A stretch of DNA of 64,000 bases, from assembly GCA_951406725.2 (NCBI GenBank), contig OX597832.1:37386001-37450000 (forward strand), read 5' to 3'. The position numbers and the translations under genes were made by a program. The notes beneath the pieces were generated by a model. It had not been told where the DNA came from. It saw nothing but the letters and a program-made list of their open reading frames with translations, and made no database searches. This DNA comes from Octopus vulgaris. Its lineage: Eukaryota. Shown one piece after another: positions 54,886 through 64,000 of this stretch (position 1 is its first letter; each line of letters begins with the position of its first letter).

Positions 54886-55439
54886 TATGTACCTATGTTT
54901 ATAGACATATGCATTCATTGGTATAATATTCCATATACTGAAATATATACACATGTAATTAAATACACACACACATGTGTGTATATAAGCATAAATATGT
55001 GTATGTACATATCTGTGCGTATGTGTATAAGTGCGTGTAAGACTGCGTTTATTGATGCGTACATATTTATAAGTTTTAATAAATTTCACAGATTATTTGG
55101 AAGACGTACGATTCTTCTATGTTATCTTATAATTAGCGACAATTGTACTGTCACATGTTCTACGGCTAATCCACACCTAGCTTTTGTCGGGGCAAATGAT
55201 AGTTGTACTTGGAAAGTGAAATGCATTCAAATAATGTAGTAAAGATTCACGTTTGATTTCTTCGAACTATTTTGAGATTGTTTTTTGAAATGGTAAAGCA
55301 ACAAAACTTTATGGTTCCTGTGGAGCCGTTTTTAGATTCAGAAACAAAAGGAAGATGAGTATGCTAAATACACCGAAGGAAACGTTGGTGGAGATAATAA
55401 ATGGCGATGTTTTGAGACTTGAGTAAAACACAACTAATT

Positions 55440-55760
55440 TGTGCTATGTCAATACAGACACTGCTTAACCAAAATGAAATTATATCGTCTACTCTCTCTC
55501 TCATTTTCTGTACACTGGTCAAACTGGCCGGCTTTAGGAGTCCGGTTTGCCGAATATCTCTGGGATATCAGACTCGGCAAGGACACTCCGGTCTCGCGCC
55601 ACTTCCACTCGACTGGTCACTTCCTGCAACGTCTGTCTGTAATCGGACTGGCCTTGCACAGAAGCTACCCGGACTCCCGCCTCTTTCGAGAGTAAGGTTT
55701 ATTTTCTCTCCCCATTCCTCAATCCCTCATAACCACAATTCTTCACACCCCTTGGTCTAA
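55440..55760 (+). mobile_element. Decayed PLE GIY-YIG fragment, same family as 42950-43432
   Basis: LYTGQTGR...RFAEYLWDIRLGKDTPVSRHFHSTGHFLQRLSVIGLALHR. Confidence 0.9.
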
Positions 55761-56501
55761 ACCCACCTCTACACATATTTATAGGCACTACACACCTAAA
55801 TTCCACTACTCCTCCACATCACATTCTCTACACCGTTATACTCATTACACATACTGTACACACCATTATTCTCCTACAACATAAATACACACGTACACAC
55901 ACGCATACACACATACACACTATTTCCCACTCCACACACACACAAGCACACGCACTCCCATTTATCCTTTAAGTTTAGTAAATGTATATAGTCACGTAAA
56001 CACACCTCCCAGCCCCTAGGCCCTATTCCACCTCGAACTTCCATCCATGACGACCCACAACCCCCCTCACAACACATATACGTCAGATATCCTCACTCAC
56101 ACACAAGCGCTCTTACACACGCACATACACAGAATGTACAAACATATCAGCTTCATATACACACTATATCCAATAGCCCCATATACACACACACCAACTG
56201 ATAACAGGGACACTCATATTCGCTCACATACATACATACACATAAATGTACACAGTATTCACACATAAACGCACGTAACTTACATGCACACAATAATGTC
56301 ACACACATGCACTTCCACGCACACACATATACAACAGGATTCTTTCAGTTTTCATCTACCAAAGTCACTCAAAAGGCTTTGGTCGGCCCGAGGTTTGTCC
56401 AAAGTGTCCCGCAGTGGGACTGGACCCAGAACCATGTGGAAGCAAACTTCTTACCATTCCTCAGTTACGCCTGTGCCTATGCCACATCAGCGCCTCAAAA
56501 T

Positions 56502-56684
56502 GTAACCACATGTGAATCGTTGGCGATTTTCTTCCTACGTCTTCGCTTCTATTGGACTTTCCTGTGTTTCTGAAGAAGAGCGTCTGCTCGAAACGTTAAA
56601 CCATCTTTGCTTTCCTGAGCGTCTGCTAATACATTACAGGCACTACGTCCTCGCGTTGTTGTTTTTTGTTTTGTGTTTTTGGGA

Positions 56685-56687
<3 letters not shown>
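56502..56687 (+). mobile_element. PLE terminal segment carrying a hammerhead (family A, copy 5)
   Basis: Same strand as, and about 750 bp downstream of, the GIY-YIG remnant at 55440. Separated by a CA-rich tract and a SINE (56335-56480). Confidence 0.85.
56566..56601 (+). ncRNA. Type I hammerhead ribozyme motif, core intact (family A)
   Basis: gttt-CTGAAGA-a-GAGC gtct GCTC-GAA-ACGT-T-aaac. Confidence 0.85.
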
Positions 56688-56724
<37 letters not shown>

Positions 56725-56725
56725 G

Positions 56726-56773
<48 letters not shown>

Positions 56774-57615
56774 TGATAGAGAGAGAGAAAGATAAACTGA
56801 AAGAGAGAAATAACAGTTGAAAGCTTAACTTGTTACTCTAGATTTCACAGTATCCATTCATAAGCATACCCTACCCTCAGCACACGCACGCATATATACA
56901 TGTCTACCTCGTCTCTCTCTCTCTCTTGCGCTAGCTATCAATCACTCTCTCGTCTCTCTGCCTCTTCATCGATCACCCTCTTCTCTCCGAGTCTCTCTTT
57001 ATATCTATAAATGTAACTACATGTGGATCGTTAACGATTTTTTTACTCTTTTTCTTTGTCTCTTGGACTTTCCTCTGATTGTTATGCGGTCACCTAAATT
57101 GATTTCTGCTTACAGAAATTGTCATAATTATTAGTTATTCATGCTTGTACTAAAATTAACTTTAGGACAGAGCATAGCTATCCATCCACCCATCCATCCA
57201 TCCATCCATCCATCCATCCATCCATTTTCATCCATTTTCGGAGGCCCACTATTTCTGAGTGTGCCAAGGTGAGGGTGAGTCCTGTGGGTCTTCATCCATA
57301 GAGTCCTATCAGAAGCAACAGTCATTTAATTTTCCCGTTGGACTCCCAGGCATGATCAACTGAAACAATGAATATTATCCAACTATCTTACTTGTCTATT
57401 TGTAGGTTTCTTGCCAGTTGGCTTAGCTTGAAGTATCTATCTTACGATCCTTTCCTGTGACTTCTCGATGCGGGATGCGCTCAAGATCTGCGCACCCTAT
57501 CGTTCAACTAGGTATAAATACAAAACATAAGATTTTAAAGAAGCAAGAGCTGTATAGAATACATGTCTTACAGGACCTTCACTTTCTATGGATTTCCTTT
57601 GTAAACTGGATAATA

Positions 57616-58870
57616 TTAGGTCGTCAAGTATGAAATTTGTAGTAAGGTATATGGTAAGCTTTGACAGCTGCTTATTTTGCACCATTATTATATTTTGGCA
57701 ATCTTTGTTTTTTGTTAGAAAGCTGATACATCAATACTTTTGCGCTTCATAAATCACTTTTTGCTATTTTTTTTAGAGATGGATAAGTCGGAAATTCGTA
57801 CAGTTTTGAAATGTGAGTTCTTTCTTGGAAATACAGCATCCCAGACAGCTCGGAATATTAATGGAGTATTTCATTCTAATGTTATTACACAGCAGACAGT
57901 ATCAAATTGGTTTGCAAAATTTTGTTCTGGTAACTTTGACCTCACAAATGAGCAACGTAGTCGACCAGAAACAAAGGTGGATAATGTCGAACTGAAAGCC
58001 ATCGTTGGGGCAAATCCATCTCAAACAGCCTGTAAATTATTGCTGTTGCTTGGTGTTAGCAAGCAAACAATATTTACTCACCTAGTTAAAATCGGTAAAG
58101 TGAAAAAGTTGGATAAGAGGGTTCCAAATGAACTCGATGAAAATCAGAAACAGCAACGTTTGGAATCCTGCATTATGCTACTTTCCTGACACAAAAATGA
58201 ATTATTTTTTTAATCAAATTGGGATGAGAAATGGATCCAATACAGCAACCATAAATGTTCAGTACAATGGTTAGGCAAAGACAAGCCACCAAAACAGTCC
58301 GAAAAGCAAAATTCATCAAAAGAAGCTGATGGTGTGTGTTTGGTGGTCTGGTGCAGGTGTGATCCAGTATGATTTCATTAAACCTGGCTCATCAATCACG
58401 GCCGACGAATGCTGCAGCCAACTGGACCAAATGATGCGAAAACTTACCAAAAAAAAAACCTAGATTAGTCAACAGATCCTCCACTCCTATTTTATTGCAA
58501 GACAATGCCCGACCAGACATCGCAAAAATGACATTGGCGAAACTATAGAAGCTGGAGTTGGAAGTTCTCCATCATCCACCATACTTACCTGATCTTGTCC
58601 CCACTGACTACCACTTCTTCCAGAATTTGGATAACCTTTTGATTGGAAGAAAATTTAATTCCGCCGATGCTGTAAAACAGGCCTTCCAAGGTTTTATTAA
58701 CTCTAGATTGCCAGGCTTTTACAGTTCCAGGCTGGACAAGCTACCGCTGAAATGGCAAAAGTGTGTTGATAATATGGGTGCATACTTTGATGAATAAAAC
58801 TATTCCTTGTATCTATAAAACATTAGCAAACTTTTTTTCTTTTCTACAAATTGCATACTTGACGGCCTAA
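57616..58870 (+). mobile_element. Full-length decayed mariner transposon (DD34D, Hsmar1/cecropia-like)
   Basis: 27-bp TIRs ttaggtcgtcaagtatgaaatttgtag / ctacaaattgcatacttgacggcctaa with TA TSD. Transposase 57779-58797 has DEKW, QDNARP and HPPYLPDLVPTDYHFF, with stops and frameshifts. Confidence 0.95.
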
Positions 58871-59605
58871 TATAAGCGTAATGAATAACAATATTCACGG
58901 ATGGTTAAGTTCAGCAGGTTGTTGAATGGGTCTCTGCAGCCCTGCACTGCAATTCTAGCTATCGCATATGTGGCTACGAAATCATTATTCTAGAGTATTA
59001 GATACAGCAAGATTCAAAGGCATGGTTATGAGGCTGATTTGAAACTGAACTTGACTGCAGAATCTTGGAACTAATAAACAGACTCCGACCTCTATCTCTT
59101 ACCACCACTATGATCCCATCCGTCTACACAACCACTTCCACTACAACTACATCTATTTACACGACCACCATACCACTACAGTTCATTCCCTGCTATCTAT
59201 ACAACCGTCACCAATACAACCCCTTATTTGCAACCACCACAACGACATCCACATCTCTACCAAACACAACCACAATCGCAACCAACACTACCATAAGATT
59301 CTATGACCACCACCACATTCGTAATCACCACCACTACCATCATCGTAACCACCACCACCAACGCTGCCTTCACTCCTATCTGTATTAATACCATCACAAT
59401 TAACCATCTATGCTCATATCACCCCTATCACCATCCCCCCAGAATCCCCATCATCGCTGCCAACAATCTACACCGTTTCTACAGACACGCTATAGTTAAT
59501 TATTTTTTTTTAAATACATTTTTATTATTGATGTTGTTTTGTTTAATAATATGCTGTTTTGATATTTCTTCATGATAACAACAACAAAAACAACAGCAAC
59601 AACAC

Positions 59606-59648
<43 letters not shown>

Positions 59649-60328
59649 CATATATTGTGTAGTGGCCATGTTTTGTCGATATGATGGTAACATGCTGAGT
59701 TTTGTTGCAAATAACTTCCTATCCACGACTCCTCGACCTCGTCTCAATCGTTATTGGACTACTACTACTACTACTACTACCACTGTAGTCGAAGCAGTCG
59801 TAGTAGTAGTAGTAGTAAGATAATATTAGTATAATAATAAAAGCATATTAGTTTTCATAGTGGCAGTTGTACTAGTAGTTCAGGTGGTGTTAGGAATAGA
59901 TTTGTAGTGTAATAATAATAACAATAATAACAATAATAATAATATTATTATTATTATCACCTACCGCGTATCATCTATCCATTCCATATATATTTAGATA
60001 TATTAAACAAGTCCTTCAGTATACGATTCTGTGTGTATTACTTTCTTTTACTATTTTCGTAGATTTTTCTAACTATTATACTGATTTAATTTTTATATTT
60101 CTTAAACTTTCTCCTATATCTTCTCTCCGAGTTATTTTTACGGTTTCTTCAGAGCGGCCATGAAGAATTCCGTAGTTTTTCTCTAATTTTCTGCAGCATT
60201 CCGTTGAATTTTCTGAAATAAATTTCAAGTAAGCTTTGTGCAGAGTTCTACTTTAATCTACGAATTTTCTTATAAGATTTTTTTTTCTTTTAAATGCTTT
60301 CCAAAGTCGACCTGAAAATGCTTTAAAA

Positions 60329-60557
60329 CAGTGTTTCTCAACCATTCTTATCTATGGGTCACTTTGATTCCAATTTTACTCAAATGGACCCTCATGGTCA
60401 TTCGTGGGTGTGTGATTGGGAAGTTTGCTTCTCAACCACATGGTTCCAGGTTCAGTCCCACTGTGTGACCCCTTGGGCAAGTGTCTTCTACTATAGCTTC
60501 GGGCTGATGAAAGCCATGTGAGTTGATTTGGTAGACGGAAACTGGAAGAATCCCGTC

Positions 60558-60613
<56 letters not shown>

Positions 60614-61039
60614 ATATATATACATGCACATATTTTTGTGTGCGCGTTTGTCCCACCATCATCACTTGACAACCGATGCTGGTGTGTTTTACGTTCCCGT
60701 AACTTAGCGGTTCGGTAAAAGAGACCTGTAGAATAAGTACTAGGCTTATAAAGAATAAATCCTGGGGTTGATTTCTTCGAGTAAAAACCCCTTAAAGGCG
60801 GTGCTCTAGCATGGTCGCATTCAAATGACTGAAACAAGTAAAAGAATGAAAAAATAAAAGAATATCTTTTTATAATTAATTATTATGATGAACTGTATAA
60901 CAAAAATTGTCAAAGCATTTTGTGTATTGTACAAGTATAACCAAGTTATTGCGCATAAATTTTACCCGCAAAACCTTGTGTGGACCTCCTAGGGCCATGT
61001 GGATTCCCAAGGGCATGTGGACCCCAGTTGAATACCATG
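60329..61039 (+). mobile_element. hAT-like MITE interrupted by a SINE
   Basis: Ends cagtgtttctcaacc ... agttgaataccatg. Near-identical 8-bp flanks ctttaaaa / gtttaaaa. Confidence 0.65.
60403..60863 (+). mobile_element. Full-length SINE family 1 with internal (TA)n
   Basis: Colinear with 32276-32688. Confidence 0.9.
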
Positions 61040-61104
61040 GTTTAAAACTATAGGTATCATACATATTCCTTACTACTTCGTGGCTGAACAGGTAAATGGA
61101 GGAT

Positions 61105-61474
61105 GTATGAGGAGGGCTTTATAGATGTTGGTTGTAGTGGTTTGGTAGTACCTGTACTGGTTTGGTTGTAGCCCCTGCTTATTAGGTATCTACTATATGG
61201 GTCAAGTTGGGTGAAGCGGTGGTACGGCGTTCATGCAACTCAGTGACTACTCGTTTGCAGGTTATGATCAAGGCGAAAGGTGGTCATTTTGAAATGTAGT
61301 TACTGCAATGGATTGACAAATTTCATAATCCTACCTTAAGTTTATTTTGAATAATGAAGAAATATCAATGGGTAAATCTTCCTGGGACACCGCGTATGAC
61401 GAAGACTTTATAAATGTTGGTTGTAGAGGTCTGGTAGAGTTTGTACTGGTTTGGTTGTAACCACTGCTCGTTAG
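61105..61474 (+). repeat. 81-bp direct repeats (61105-61185, 61394-61474) flanking a Tc1/maT 3' fragment
   Basis: gtatga.ga.g.ctttata.atgttggttgtag.gg...tgtactggtttggttgta...ctgct..ttag occurs twice. Between them: WVKLGEAVVRRSCNSVTTRLQVMIKAKGGHFEM*. Confidence 0.8.
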
Positions 61475-62134
61475 AGTAACAGTGTAAACGGTGAATTAAT
61501 GGTAGTGAATATAGGTACGTATTGGTATATGTAATAAAATATTGCTCTTAAATTTATTTTGGCACAACGCCAGCAATTTCGGGGGAGCGGGGTAAATCGA
61601 TTACATCGATCTCGGTGATCAACTGGTACTCATTTTCTCGATCCAGAAAGGATGAAAGGCAAAGTCAACCCCGGCGGAATTTGGACTGTGAAAGTAAAGA
61701 CGGACGAAATGTTGCTAAGGGTTTTACTCGGCGCGGCAGCCATTATCAGTAGGAGAATGTTTTAATAGCTTTACGATGTCGTAGTGCAATGGCGATGGCG
61801 CTAATTCTGTGATAACTGTAATTGGAAAAAAACTCGTAGTCACTGAGAGACTAAAATTTGTGTAGCGGGTCTAGAAAGTGAGCCAGTGATACGGCAAATA
61901 GTAAACGAATTCTTAGTACCTATAGGATATTACCTATTGCACAGTGGACATTATTGTCTGTTTTACAGTATCTGCAGACATTAACCGTTGAACTGTAGGT
62001 TTGTTATTTTTGTATGTTTATCCGTTGGAACTCTTTGCTACTTTATCTCTAGTGTCGCTGCAACGAGAGAGGTAAGCGGCAGAGGAAATAGGGACTAGGG
62101 TTTGAATCGATTCCAACTACGAGTATTTCACTTA

Positions 62135-62470
62135 CCCTTTATATATACATATAAATGACCATGGGAGTGCACCCAGAAAGTTACCCTCCCAGGGACAAGT
62201 CCAGACAATGTTGGAAGACCAGCATTCGCCCATGCATACCAGCCTCCCCTCTCCACATCACTGATGTTATCCAAGAGAAAAGCAAAGGGGCCGATACAGC
62301 TTGGCACCTGTGACGTCCGTCGCAACTCATTTCTACAGCTGAGTGAACTGGAACAACGTGAAATAAAGTGTCTTGCTCAAGAACACAACACGCAGCCCGG
62401 TCCGAGAACCGAACTCACAACCTCACGATCGTAAGATCGACGCTCTAACCACTGAGCCATGCGCCTTCAC
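62135..62470 (-). mobile_element. tRNA-derived SINE (family 3/4-related head)
   Basis: Minus strand gtgaaggcgcatggctcagtggttagagcg...gagttcggttctc...cttgagcaagacacttta. Related heads at about 22920, 31125 and 50070. Confidence 0.85.
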
Positions 62471-62649
62471 AACAACAATATATATATATATACGCACACA
62501 CAAAACGATTCTGAAAAAGGTATAACTGTTATAAAGTCACCTTCTTCCCCCTCTATAGAGTCAAAAGAAGTCAAACAATGTTATCGACTTCCCACTAAGT
62601 AGGAACTAAGTACTGAGTCTTATTTTTCTATATTGCTGTGATAAAAGGG

Positions 62650-62650
62650 G

Positions 62651-62707
<57 letters not shown>

Positions 62708-62716
62708 GCTACTTCA

Positions 62717-62786
<70 letters not shown>
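62650..62786. repeat. (ACT)n + (AAT)n microsatellite
   Basis: Seen directly. Confidence 0.95.
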
Positions 62787-62788
<2 letters not shown>

Positions 62789-63555
62789 AGAATCTAATCA
62801 AAATATATAGATAAAAATACTTGCCGACTCCATTACCCATGTGCTTGTTTTGGATCAAATATTCCTTCAAGACGATTCTTCATATAAAAAAGAAAAAAAA
62901 ATGTCTGAGAAAAAAACAGGAACAGGAGAAAAAGGAAGGAAAATGTTTTCAAAGAACTCATATAATAAACATAAATAATGGTTATTGGATTGTATTTCTT
63001 TTGTCTCCTCTTTCTTCCTCGTGGTTTTCCTTTTTCTCTCCCAGTTCATCATTTCATAAGATACGTGGTAATTATTGTTTTTTTTTTCTCATTATATTGT
63101 GTGTGTGTATGTGTGTGTGAGTATGTGTGTATGTGCACGTGTGTGTGTTTGTATTTCATAAGGATGAGGGTGCAGACGATGTTGCTTCGGTACCAACAAA
63201 CGAGTCTTGCAAATCGATCGTCTGTCTCAGTGAATTCATATATCGAGAACGACGTTGACACGCGAACGTTACTGTTCGCCATCTTTGATTTATTAATCGT
63301 GTTTATATCCACTTAATGTCTTGGAGAACTGTTTACGTCGAGTAAACGCGAAATAAAAGGAAAACACATACGTACGCACACATACACGCAAACACACACT
63401 CACCTACACGCACCCCCTCCACACGCACACAAAGACGCACACATACACACACAAACACAAACACTCAAACATTTATAATATGCCTACATATACACATAAA
63501 TATCTACACATACATTTCTTTATATATATATATGTATATATATATATTATGTATG

Positions 63556-63610
<55 letters not shown>

Positions 63611-63647
63611 TTATATGTACATACATATGTGAATATATACCTATATT

Positions 63648-63696
<49 letters not shown>

Positions 63697-64000
63697 CATA
63701 CATACATACATACACACACATACACACACTCACAAACACACACGCACACACACGCACGCACACATACGCGTCCACACACACACATACACACTCTCACTCA
63801 CACGCAAGGCACACACTATAAACCCAAAACGAAAATAAGATTATATCGAAATTTTTCTCAACTAAAAACAACTGGTTTTACAAAAGAAAACAAAATGGCT
63901 GCAATCATGTTGTAAGGCGGTTTTGGTGGCGGTGATTTCGATGGTAGAGGACAGAGGTGATCACAAGTAAAGGGCGGAGGGAGGTAGCAGAAACTTGAGC

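Overview
AT-rich, repeat-dense animal genomic DNA, intronic or intergenic. The SINE and microsatellite landscape resembles an octopus (coleoid cephalopod) genome; this is an inference, not a database result. No recognisable intact host protein-coding gene was found. Almost all ORF-track entries are translations of (TA)n, (CA)n, (CATA)n, (ATCT)n, (ATT)n or (ACC)n repeats. Real content: three or four tRNA-derived SINE families; many Penelope-like element (PLE) remnants with GIY-YIG or RT fragments; an RTE/BovB-like LINE 3' end; a full-length decayed mariner; DD37D (maT) and Tc1 remnants; several MITEs; a non-autonomous Helitron; and a few candidate spliced exons, mostly on the minus strand. The most striking signal is at least eight type I hammerhead ribozyme motifs (CUGANGA...GAA-[palindrome]-H) from about four distinct families. 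They sit in short PLE-derived elements, usually next to (TA)n tracts. One family has five copies with a compensatory stem I change and a conserved downstream CCTGAGCG box that is complementary to the ribozyme's own stem II/GAAA core.
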